From Marsupella aquatica (taxonomy: Eukaryota; Plantae; Marchantiophyta), in the NCBI GenBank assembly GCA_973895155.1, contig OZ316898.1, positions 5,815,079-5,879,078 on the forward strand: DNA of 64,000 bases. Direction: 5' to 3'. How positions within the stretch are numbered: the stretch's first letter is position 1; each line of letters starts with the position of its first letter. The position numbers were made by a program, and so were the translations under genes. Below are positions 52,791 through 62,942 of this stretch, one piece after another. The notes beneath the pieces are model-generated. The model was not told where the DNA came from, ran no database searches, and was given only the letters and a program-made list of their open reading frames with translations.

Positions 52791-53825
52791 TCATAAAACA
52801 TACTCATCATTGAGTAAATCAGCTTCTCCATCAGCCCTAGCCACATTTGCCGATGAAGTTTCCGCTGCCTTTCCCTTACAGTCTCGCTTGAAGTGTCCAA
52901 CTTGGTTGCACTTCCAACATGTCACCTGCCTCCTCTGAGGGGATTTACCCTTGGACTTAGATCTGGATTTAGATCTAAACTGGGTTCTACGGTCCCCAGT
53001 TGGTCGCTGCATACTCCTCCCACGGTTAACATTGAGGGCAGCACCAGATGATGAAGGCTGTGACGTGATGTGCATCTTCTGCTGAAGATCATCACTAAGC
53101 AGAGAACTTGCCACGTCATTGTATGAAATGGTATCCCTATCACGATGCAACAACACTCGTGATAGGGACTGGTAAGATGGAGGCAATGAACTAAGAAGCT
53201 GCAGAGCCTTCGTCTCATCATTCAAAGTCTCCCCAAGGTTTTCCAAGTCAACGACCATATCGTTGAAAGCATCCACATGGTCTTGCAACTTCGTACCAGA
53301 TTCCTTCATCCTGAAACTCATCAGTTTGTAGGAAGTGTAGAGCCGGTTCGACAACTCCTTGCGGTGATACTTGCTCTGCAATTCCGCAAACAAGGACATG
53401 CAATCCTTATGTGCACCTAACTGCTTGATGATGGGAGGCATGAGATAGAGTGTAACACACCACACTCCCTGCTCCTGCATGCGGTCCCATTGTTTCTCAT
53501 CAACATCATCTTCACGAGGGCTCAGCAGTTGGCCCATCCCTGACGCATAAAGCACTCCCTTCACCTGCTTCTCCCATAGCAAGTAGTCAGAGCGCCCATC
53601 ATACTTTGTCACTTCATACTTGGGTCCCCCAAGCTTGAAAGTCCCCATCTTCTTCTTTACCGTGAGCTCCGGTAGTAGTACTGCTTCCTCCACCACACGC
53701 CGCACCAGTGATGGTATCGGTGTCACGTGCTCTTCCTCCTGCTCCTCTCTCTGCCCCTGAAACCTCCGCGGTGATCCTCGTGCTTCAAGTTCCACGTCTT
53801 CGAAAAACTCCTCCGAATCACTCAT
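52791..53825 (-). CDS. gag: Inner Copia Gag (344 aa) with zinc knuckle
   Basis: KYDGRSDYLLWEKQV, LLSSLPPSY, CWKCNQVGHFKRDC; ends at a TGA in frame with pol. Confidence 0.92.
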   Translation of the reverse strand: MSDSEEFFEDVELEARGSPRRFQGQREEQEEEHVTPIPSLVRRVVEEAVLLPELTVKKKMGTFKLGGPKYEVTKYDGRSDYLLWEKQVKGVLYASGMGQLLSPREDDVDEKQWDRMQEQGVWCVTLYLMPPIIKQLGAHKDCMSLFAELQSKYHRKELSNRLYTSYKLMSFRMKESGTKLQDHVDAFNDMVVDLENLGETLNDETKALQLLSSLPPSYQSLSRVLLHRDRDTISYNDVASSLLSDDLQQKMHITSQPSSSGAALNVNRGRSMQRPTGDRRTQFRSKSRSKSKGKSPQRRQVTCWKCNQVGHFKRDCKGKAAETSSANVARADGEADLLNDEYVL

Positions 53826-54979
53826 ATGAGAAAGTCACAAAAAATGTTGTTTTTCACAACTTCTCAAAAAACTCGAAACTCAACACCGCCGCGTAGCCCA
53901 CAAAGCTAGGAGTCCAATACTGAAAACCAAAATCAAATTTGAAATTTGACGGAAAAGTTATTCAAATTTCGGTCGAGGTGGGTAAAACCTTGGGAAACTC
54001 CCCCGTTTTGACCACCTCAGGGAATAACCGAAATACCAAGTACAACCCGTTGTCGGAATTGCGATGTGATTGGTGCGCTGCATTGCCAACTTCAATGGCT
54101 ACGACCTCGCCAAAAAATAACCAAAAAAGTTACCGTTCGGCGGATGAAATCTTTGTCGGACGGTCAAAAAATAGCTCTCTGGTTTTTTGGAATATTCTAT
54201 GACCCTTGTACAGGCCCTGTGGGAATTTTGGAAGAACAATCGAGGGGCTGACATGTGTCCTCGAACCCCCAAAACCCCCTACCACCCTTCGTCGTCGAAA
54301 TCTGGTCGCGCGCGCAGAAAATACACACGGCAGAATGTACCCCTCGACACCAAACGCAAGATATCTCACTCGGGTTTTGACGAAATCAAGATCCGATTTC
54401 AGATTTGGAAACTAGACTCCGAGGCGATGAAGATCGATATAAGAAGCACCCAAAACGAGGAAAGAACGAGGGAGAAAAAAATTGGTAAAGATGACAGATT
54501 TCTCTCAATTGCCATAGCCAATTTCGAATCAGTTTTTCAAAGAGAAAAAAATGGTACCTTGTCAACAACGAATGTTGATCAATTGCACTTGGTGCCGTCA
54601 CCAAGTCCAACAAGGTAATTGATTTTGCTTAGCCTTCCTCTTTGCATCAAAGAGCCAATCCCGGACTCAAAAACAATCGTCTTGCCTCAATCTCTCCGTT
54701 GAGTCAAAACACTTGACGCTTCTCCCTCCGAGTCGATTGCCAACTTTCTTCACAAAATCCAGAACGACGAAAACTTAGATCTCTCTGCACCACGAGCTCC
54801 GTTCAATGATTTCTTCACACCGTTAGAAAACTCTTGCCCTGATCTATCCGTTGAGCCCATAAACTCCAAGTTCCATGCGATGGAACTCTGGATAATCCAC
54901 CAACACTCAACGCTGGAAAAACCGTCATGAAATCCCGTCACGAACACACGTCACCTCCCAAGCATGCTCTGATACCAAT

Positions 54980-55400
54980 TGTTGAGCATAGACGACGATC
55001 GCAACGGCAAGCCCATGAACCATCCAACGCACAATAGTCGACACAAGAGATACGTGGTTCACCTCCTTGAGGCTACGTCCACGGGAACACACAAGAGAGC
55101 TTTACTGAACTCTAAGCCCGTCGGCTATACCGAGTCTCCACAGTGTAAGCTCTCCCTATCTCTCAAGTGGCTCCATAACAATGAGCCTTGGTTCTACCTC
55201 TCCAAGCACACATGCCTCTTATGATATAGTGTGCAACTTAGTTGTACCTAACCACATAGTTGTACCTAATCACGTAGTTGTACCTAACCACATAGTTGTA
55301 CCTAATCACGTAGTTGTACCTAACCACGTAGTTGTACCAACCCACGTTGTTGTACCAACCACGTCATACCTAACCTAGACGTAAGAGTAAATACCCAACA
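54980..55400 (-). repeat. 5' LTR of the inner Copia
   Basis: TG...CA; followed on the minus strand by the tRNA-iMet PBS. Confidence 0.97.
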
Positions 55401-55861
55401 CAGTGCTCTACCCCATGGGATTTATTCTTGATTTTTGGGAGGAATCAGTGTCATATAGACCTGATTGGCAGTCAGGAGATGCTCGATTGAGCAAATTGCC
55501 AGTGAGATTTAGTGGACCTGTGGGAGGCCCTAAATCCACACCATTGTCTTTGGCAGCATTCAGTGGTGTAATTGCTGGACCTGATGATTTGATTGAGGGT
55601 AATGCGCATGCAGCCGATGTTCCACCATTGGAGGAGTCTCATGAGGAGCACATCATGCGAGGATTACCTGTTGGCAGTGTTGTGCCACCAGTGTGGGGCA
55701 CTGCACAGGCCTTGCCACAGGCAGCAGCACGATTGGTACATGATGCATGGCGTCATGCTTTTACACCATAGTCAGGAGCAGAGCAGTCTCTTGCAGATGG
55801 ACCTGTGACTCTTTCACCATTGGATACCACTCCTATTGCTTGGCAGTATCCACCGGAGGGT

Positions 55862-56812
55862 ATTTGTTTGTTGGATCTTTTTGGTGGGATTAGCACTGGA
55901 TTGGCTGTTGTTCTTCAGGCAGGAATTCCTGTGCGTCGTTATTTGTATGTGGAGACAGATGAGACAACACGGAGGGTCTCATTGCGACATGTGGCTATAT
56001 TGGTGGATAGATATCCACAGTTGCTGCCATTGGATGTTGTTCGTGGTTATCAGCATGCACTACATGCTGATATTTCATTGCTGGGGGCGGATCATCTACA
56101 TCGTGTTGGCCCCATTGATTTGGTGATTGCTGGTTGGCCATGTCAGGGCCAATCTAGAGCTGGCATTGGGCATGGACTTCATGATCCACGCTCTGCATTG
56201 TTTTGGGAGATGTTACGGGTGTTGCGTCATCTCCAGCTACATCAAACACAGGCTCCAGCATACATTTTGGAGAATGTGCCATTGTTAGGTGATGATCGTA
56301 GTCGGATTGTTGCCAGTGTTCACCAGGTGAGGTCTTGGATTGGACCTGCTGTGTTATTGGATGCTGCACGTGTGGGTTCTCGTGCACATCGTCCATGCTT
56401 GTGGTGGACTAATTTGATCCCATGTGAGGTGCTGAAGCGCGCATTTGACAGCATTCCACGCTCACCAGCCTTAGTGGTGGATGATATTTTGGATCCAGGG
56501 CGTCGTGCACAGGGTGTGACCCAACCTGATAGACCTCCATTGGCAATGGTCAATGCATTTGGGTGCCCACGTTGTGCATTACCCACTCTTGTAAGCCACT
56601 CTGTTTCATATGCATTCAGAGCAGGTGGCCTTGGACTTGTATGGGACACAGCTCTCCAGCAGTTAGTGGAGCCTACTGCTGATGAGAGAGAGCGTGCTAT
56701 GGGATTTTTGACTGGCACCACTGCAGTTGCCTCTGTATCACAGGGTTTGCGGCGCCAGGTTCTTGGTCAAGCAATGGATTTGAATTGTTTGACTTAGATT
56801 ATCAGCTTGGGA
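55862..56812 (+). pseudogene. DNMT3-like DNA (cytosine-5) methyltransferase domain within the Gypsy pol
   Basis: Motif I LDLFGGISTG; II YVETD; III ADI; IV IDLVIAGWPCQGQS (catalytic PC); VI ILENV; VIII SRAHRPCLWWTN; IX ERERAMGF; X RRQVLGQAM. Same frame as the protease tail and RT, broken only by point stops. Confidence 0.92.
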
Positions 56813-57145
56813 GTAGCTGAACAGTTGCGGATGCGCTCTGCCGGAATTACTGATTGTCCCTTGGTGAGCTTGCGGTCCACTGAGACAGTATTGACCATAG
56901 CTGGGGGCGAGCAGACAGTCCATGGACCTATGACAGGATTGGCGGCTGGACAGATTGTTCAGCAGGAAGGGACTGCTCAATCTACTGCTAAATAGCAATC
57001 ATTGGCTATCTCTTCTACCCTACAAAGAGATATTAGGGATTTGGTGGAGAGTTGGGAACCACAGCTTGGCCCTAAGTTAACAGGGGAGGAGAGACGTCGC
57101 ATGCATTGATTCCTGAAGAGTTATTGAAATTGTTTTGCATTCAGC

Positions 57146-58470
57146 ATGAAGGATTTGGGGACATTGAAGGGCACTGGTATTCAGATTGAATTGGCTAGTG
57201 ATGCGCCAATCTTTCGTAGACCATACCGTTATAGTGACATGGAGAGAGCTCTGATTGAAAGCAGAACTCAAGATTTGTTGGAGGCTGGATTGGTGGAGAT
57301 TTCATATGGGGAGTATGCATCTACCACAGTGATGCCAGCCAAAAAAGATGTGCATGGCAATTACACAGATAGGCGCATGTGTGGTGATTACAGACCTATT
57401 AATCGCCAGACAAAATCTGATCGATATGCCATGCCCACACCTGAGGAGATCTTTGATGCTGTGGGGCATGCAAAGGTTTTCAGTTCATTGGATCTGAGGG
57501 CAGGGTACCATCAGCTTCCAATTAGGCATGCTGACAGGTCCAAGACAGCATTCTGGGGGATTGATTCTTATGGCAAAGATCGTTTGTATCAGTGGTTATT
57601 CTTACCATTTGGGTTGAAGAATGCACCAGCTGAGTTCCAAAGAGTCATGGATCGAATCCTTGCAGGTTTGGATTTTGTCAGATGTTATATTGATGATATT
57701 TTGGTCTATTCTTCTACTGTGGAAGAACATCAGCAGCACTTGCAGATTGTGATGGAGAGATTGAGAGCACATGGGTTGAAGCTCCATCCTAGCAAGTGTA
57801 AGTTCTTCCAAGACCAGATTGAGTATTTGGGCCACACTATATACCCAGGGGGATTGGGTGTACAGCAGACTAAAGTGGAGGCCATTACACAGATTCCTTG
57901 TCCTACTGATGTGAGTAGAGTTCGTGCATTCTTGGGATTGGCGAGCTACTACAGGAGGTATGTTAAAGGATTTAGCCAGCTTGCTAAACCTTTGACCATA
58001 CTCACTAAGTTGGATCAGGAATGGATTTGGGGTGATGACCAGGAGCATGCCTTTCAGGAGTTGAAGCAAAGGTTGGCATCATCCCCTATTTTGAGAAGAC
58101 CCATTTCATGCAGACCATTTCAGCTACACACTTGGAGTGGAGTAGGACTTGGAGCAGTGCTGACTCAGAAGGATGATGAGGGGAATGAGTTTGTTGTGGC
58201 TTATGCCAGTAGATCAAACAATTCAGCAGAGGCTAAGTATAGCTCTTATGAGGGAGAGTATTTGGCAGCAGTGTGGGCTGTTGCACACTTTCGTTGCTAC
58301 TTGTTTGGTAACCCCTTCACCTTGATCACTGATCATCAGCCTCTTAAGTGGTTAATGGAGTCTGACAAGCTTACATGGAAGCTTGCACGATGGGCATTGT
58401 TGTTATAGGAGTATGATTTCCAGGTGGTGCATAGGCCTGGAAAAGTGAACTTGGATGCAGATGGATTAAG
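57146..58470 (+). pseudogene. Gypsy reverse transcriptase and RNase H
   Basis: RMCGDYRPIN, LDLRAGYHQ, KTAF, LPFGLKNAPAEFQR, YIDDILVYS, FLGLASYYRRY, GLGAVLTQ, VAYASR, TDHQPLKWL, HRPGKVNLDADGLSR; TAG at 58406. Confidence 0.93.
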
Positions 58471-58698
58471 CCGCAATCCATGTACCAGTCAGCAAGATGA
58501 GACTGGAGCTAGATGGCATGATGAGTCAGATAAGGAGATGGTGCCAGGATGGCATGCATCTGCCTTTCTTTGTTGGGTGCCAGCATACAGTGGATTTGTG
58601 GACTCTACCTCATTGGATGGAGTGGATGATGAGTTTTCAGATGTGGATGTTGGTGAGGTAACTTCTGGACAGCAAGATATTCACAATGATGTGAGAGT

Positions 58699-60117
58699 GT
58701 GGAATATCTGCGCAGTAGTTCTATTGTTGGCAGTGTTGATGCCAAGGAACGTGACAGGGTTCTACAGAGAGCCAAGAGCTTTCGATGGGAGGGAAACCAT
58801 CTTTTGAGAGTATTGCATGATGGTAGGATGTTGGTGGTACCAAAACCATCACAACGAGTACATTTGGTGCGACATGCGCACGAGGAGTTGGGTCACTTTG
58901 GTGTGAAGCGCACTTACAGCTTGCTGCAGACATAGTATTGGTAGCATGGTATGCACACTCATGTCCAGCAGTTGATAGCTAAGTGTGTGATATGTGATAG
59001 AGTGAGAGCATCATTTAATGCTCCCACTCCCCAGTTGCACCCGTTACCGATCATGGGTTTGGGATATCGTTGGAGTTTGGATTTTGCTGGTCCATTACCT
59101 CTTACCCAACGTCATAATCGGTATGTTGTGGTCATGGTGGAGCACTTCTCCAAGTGGATTGAGCTAGTGGCGTTGCCAGATAAAGCCAGTGGAGGAGTTG
59201 CTGCTATATTTTTGGATCGTGTACTCAGTCATTTTGGAGCACCAGCTGAGGTGTTGACTGATCAGGGAACTGAGTTCCATGGAGAGTTTGAGAGTTTGTG
59301 TGAACAAGCTCTGATTGATCATCGCACTACCTCTCGTGATCATCCTGAGGCAGATGGATTAGCTGAGAGAGTTGTGCAAACTGTGAAGAGAGGATTGCAT
59401 AAGTATGGCTTGCAGATTGGTCATCTGGGAGATTGGGATCTCCAGCTACCTTGGTTAGCTATGGGCTACCGTTTCAGTCGGCAAGCATCACTTGCATCCT
59501 TCTCACCCTACTTTTTGCTCTATGGTAGAGAGCCAGATTTGCCAGCAGCTATTCGTCGTCATGCTGCACCAGTTGTGAACTTGGATGATCCTGATGTTTG
59601 GGTCAAGGTGTGTTCAGAGAGAGCACGGGTATTTCAGAGAGTGATGCCCATGGCTTTTGACAACCTTGCCATTGCCCAACATCGTGATACTTTGAGGTAT
59701 GCCACTATTCGTGGAAGAGGTTACCGTGCAAGCATTCGACGATTTCATCCTGGTGATCATGTTTATTTACAGCAGACAGCACCCACGACACTTGATGTGA
59801 CCACAGGCCGGACAATCTTACGTGTGCGTGAAGTGTTGCCTTCTGGTGTCCTGATGTTGGAGGGACGCGATGGTATGGTTTGGAAGGATCATGTGCGCAA
59901 TTGTGCACCATGTCACCTTCCCAACATTGATAGTACAGTAGATCCAAGCTTGGCACATGTTCGTGCTGGCTTGAAATGTATGTTGTGTAGAGCTGCTCAG
60001 GGAGCAACTACTATGTTGATTTGTGATAAGTGTTCTAGAGGATGGCACATGTCATGTTTGACACCACCATTGCAGGTGATTCCTAGTGGATCATGGTTGT
60101 GTCCTCAGTGTCAGTGA
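58699..60117 (+). pseudogene. Gypsy DDE integrase with C-terminal PHD finger
   Basis: HHCC zinc domain (HEELGH...CVIC); D in SLDFAGP, D in LTDQGTEF, E in GLAERVV; C4HC3 PHD CMLC...LICDKCSRGWHMSCLTPPL...WLCPQC at 59977-60111. TAG stops at 58933 and 58942. Confidence 0.92.
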
Positions 60118-60277
60118 AGCCGACTAGTTATCATTTGTGTTCTCTTGGCAGATATGGATTGCAGGTAGGTGATCGATGGGGCTCACTTGCATCCGGCTTC
60201 CTGATCTTCACACCTAAAAAGGTGTATATCAACCTTGTAGAACTCATGGCTAGCTAGAGTTAGGGGACCTTACTCCC

Positions 60278-60289
60278 AGCTAGGGGGGC
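60278..60289 (+). promoter_or_regulatory. Polypurine tract of the Gypsy element
   Basis: agctaggggggc immediately precedes repeat B1, with an imperfect hairpin upstream (60250-60283). Confidence 0.75.
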
Positions 60290-60896
60290 GATTGTGGGCT
60301 TTGGACATGTGTGAACATGAGTTCCACTTGTATTCCATTCTTGTATTTGTGATGTGGCAGTGTGACTATGTCTGGATGTATGTGACAAGCGATGTATGTT
60401 GTGTAGCGATATGTATGCGCACGACAGCTGTCACACCATTTTGAGTAGTGTAGTAGTATATCGTGCTATTAGAGTATGTACGTTTGGTATGAGTGCTATT
60501 GGAGCCGATAAGGTTCTGTCAGGTTTGTGTGAGAGGGTACTTCTCACTTGTGAGGCATTGAAAGGTCATCTTTCAATGTTGAGCCTTGGAGAGAGAGGAG
60601 CTTGAGTGTGGCTATGGTGGCTGTGAGCTCCGCTTGTGTAACGTGGATTTCTTGAGTAGTGCAAGGTGCGTTGGCTTGACATACGTGTGTGATCGGATCG
60701 GTGCGGGATCGATGGGGTATTGTTGACCGAGATCGTTGTGCCGATTGTATGGAGATTGATTGTGGGTTTTGGACATGTGTGGACATGAGTTCCACTTGTA
60801 TTCCATTCTCTTGTATTTGTGATGTGGCAGTGTGACTATGTCTGGATATATGTGACAAGCGATGTATGTTGTGTAGCGATATGCATGCGCACGACA
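60290..60896 (+). repeat. Right terminus of the Gypsy: B1 (60290-60426) - GC - A2 (60429-60757) - B2 (60758-60896)
   Basis: B1 and B2 differ by about 4 substitutions and a 2-bp indel. A2 matches 44822-45150. The B1/A2 junction is the palindrome GACAGCTGTC (60423-60432). Confidence 0.95.
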
Positions 60897-61475
60897 CCAG
60901 GGAAGGTACATTGGGAGGCTGTGAAATGGATTCTCAGGTATCTTAAGGGCACAATAGACTATGGTCTGCTGTTTGATAGTAGTTCAAACAAAACCAAATC
61001 TTTGGTTGGCTATGTAGATTCTGACTACGGAGGCTGTCTGGAAACAAGGAGGTCAACTACTGGGTATGTCTTTACTCTTGGAGGAGGATGCATAAGTTGG
61101 AGATCTATCTTGCGGAAGTGTGTATCTCAGTCTACTACAGAAGCAGAATATGTTGCAGCAGCAGAAGCAGCAAAGGAAGCAATTTGGTTGGATAAGCTGG
61201 TCACTGAGATGGGATTGGAGCATGGAAAAATGACTCTTCATTGTGACAGCCAAAGTGCGCTTCACCTAGCTATTAACCAGGTTATGGATAGCAGGGTGAA
61301 ACACATTGACATCAGGTACCATTTTATTAGGCAAACAGTGTCTGATAAAATGTTTGAGCTAGTCAAGATTGATGGAAAGCTCAACCCGGCTGATGCTTTT
61401 ACCAAAGTGATTCCTTTGGAGAGCTACTCAAGACACCGTGCTACTTTGCAAGTTTTGCATTTGCAACACAAGTAG
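60897..61475 (+). pseudogene. Outer Copia pol, 3' part (RT tail and RNase H)
   Basis: PGKVHWEAVKWILRYLKGT, GYVDSD, STTEAEY, HIDIRYHF, NPADAFTK. Confidence 0.93.
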
Positions 61476-61679
61476 AGTAACTTAACAATATGTAATTTCT
61501 ATATATGGGTTACTCAATCCTGTTATGGCTACGGCTTAATTCTAGTTAACCTTTAGTTAACCTTAAATGGTTTTTAGGGGGACACCTATGGTTTTAGGTG
61601 ATTGTCTAGAATTTCCCGCTGAGTATCTCATATGGATAGTAGAAATTGCAGTCCCCAAGACTAGAGTCAAGGGGGAGTT

Positions 61680-62011
61680 TGTTAAGGATTGCTCTTAGTC
61701 TTGTGACTCATAGGTTACGACACTTAGGCTAACCACAGTTAGGATCTTAGCTGAGTTTAGGTTAGTCGTGTGTGACCTTGTATATACCAGGGCTAGTGTA
61801 AGTCGCTGGTGGGTGGTGCTTACTCATTGTAACGGAGCAACTTGAGGAAGAAGGAGAGCATGTATGTTCGTCTACTCTTGAAGTAAAACTTGAGTGTTCG
61901 TGTGGACGTAGCCTTGGAGAAGAGGTGAACCACGTAGAGATTGTGTCGACTACATGTGCATGGAATGAGTCATGGTTGTATGGTCGTTGCGAATGACGTC
62001 TTAGTTCAACA
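61680..62011 (+). repeat. 3' LTR of the outer Copia, preceded by PPT aagggggag (61669-61677)
   Basis: Matches 39209-39540. Confidence 0.97.
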
Positions 62012-62645
62012 TACCCCCCATGCCTCCCCATTGGTCATAAGAATGTCCAGACCCAATACCAGAGTTCTTGGTTGAGGCCTCAACCAAGGGGGTTGCCCTA
62101 AGTGTTGTCCATGGGGAATGCAGGGCCATTCCAAAAGGGTCACAGTTGGGATGGAAGGGGAGCACATTAGGAGGTATTGGGGCCAGGTAGAAATAGAGAG
62201 TTAATTAGTATAATCCACTAGCCCAATGCGGGTGCATGGCACAATTGTAGTTGATAAGGCAATGCCCATCAAATAAGACAAAGGAATATACATGAGACAA
62301 TGAATGTTATTGGGGGCAGTGTTATTGGGGCCAATGAAGTCATTGGAGCCCAAAAATGTCATGGACGCAAACAAAATGATTGAGGACTAAAACTGCCATG
62401 GAGGAAAGGAAGTGTTGGAGTGGGTGTTACTGATGCCAGAGTTGATGCAAAACCTAGTCATCCGCCAAATCAGGCCATGGCAGTATGTGGTGCTGCTCAA
62501 CACACATCAGGAGGGTGAGCAAGGGTGAGCTAGAGTTGCAACAAGTTTGTCCATGGGGAGGGGGAGGTGATGTGAGGGACAGGCCAGGCCGGATCAAGAT
62601 GGGCAAGGGTTGGCTGTCATTTTTTCTACTTTTCCCCATATTTCC

Positions 62646-62942
62646 CTCGGGGGTTTCACTTCCACAAAAATGGCATATCACGTGCGACGAAGGATAGGGT
62701 CATTTTATTGGTTTTAATAGAAGACTTAAGAATTTTTGTAAAAGAACAATAGGGTCTTTTAAATGCAATTTTGAGACTTATAAGAACATTAGGGTCTTTT
62801 TAATCCAATTTTTAGAATATTCCAAGAATATTCCAACTTTATAGAGGTTAAAAAATTAAAAAAAATTCTTACATTTTAGGGGGTCCGAGGCCTAAAAACG
62901 TCGCAGGCGATGGGGAGGTCCCCATATAGTGAGACCCCCAAG
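62646..62942. mobile_element. MITE, TIR CTYGGGGGTYTCACT, 8-bp TSD ATATTTCC
   Basis: ATATTTCC at 62638-62645 and 62943-62950; reverse-complement homolog of 20236-20529. Confidence 0.88.

Larger units (their letters stand above)
48907..55400 (-). mobile_element. Inner Ty1/Copia LTR retrotransposon, very recent insertion
   Basis: 421-bp LTRs at 54980-55400 (5') and 48907-49327 (3') with no differences seen. TSD CAGTG (48902-48906, 55401-55405). PBS TGGTATCAGAGC on the minus strand at 54966-54977. PPT at ~49328-49344. Confidence 0.97.
44822..60896 (+). mobile_element. Ty3/Gypsy retrotransposon with split direct repeats (A...B-A-B), encoding Gag-PR-DNMT3-like MTase-RT-RH-IN-PHD; interrupted by a Copia
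   Basis: Ends are TGTC...GACA. It sits inside the outer Copia RT (MSNP|GKVHWEAVKW rejoins), with a 4-bp TSD carrying one mismatch (CCAA 44818-44821, CCAG 60897-60900). Domain order is Gypsy-type RT-RH-IN. Confidence 0.93.
39209..62011 (+). mobile_element. Outer Ty1/Copia LTR retrotransposon (Tork/Tnt1-like), degenerate, interrupted by a Gypsy element
   Basis: TG...CA 332-bp LTRs at 39209-39540 and 61680-62011; 5-bp TSD TACCC (39204-39208, 62012-62016); tRNA-iMet PBS; PPT; gag-PR-IN-RT-RH order. Confidence 0.97.

Noticed and set aside
44822-60896. DIRS/Ngaro tyrosine-recombinase element, suggested by the split repeats and a methyltransferase
   Set aside because: No tyrosine recombinase ORF seen. 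It has an aspartic protease, an HHCC-DDE integrase and a TSD, and the MTase is C5-cytosine type rather than the Dam-like type of DIRS.
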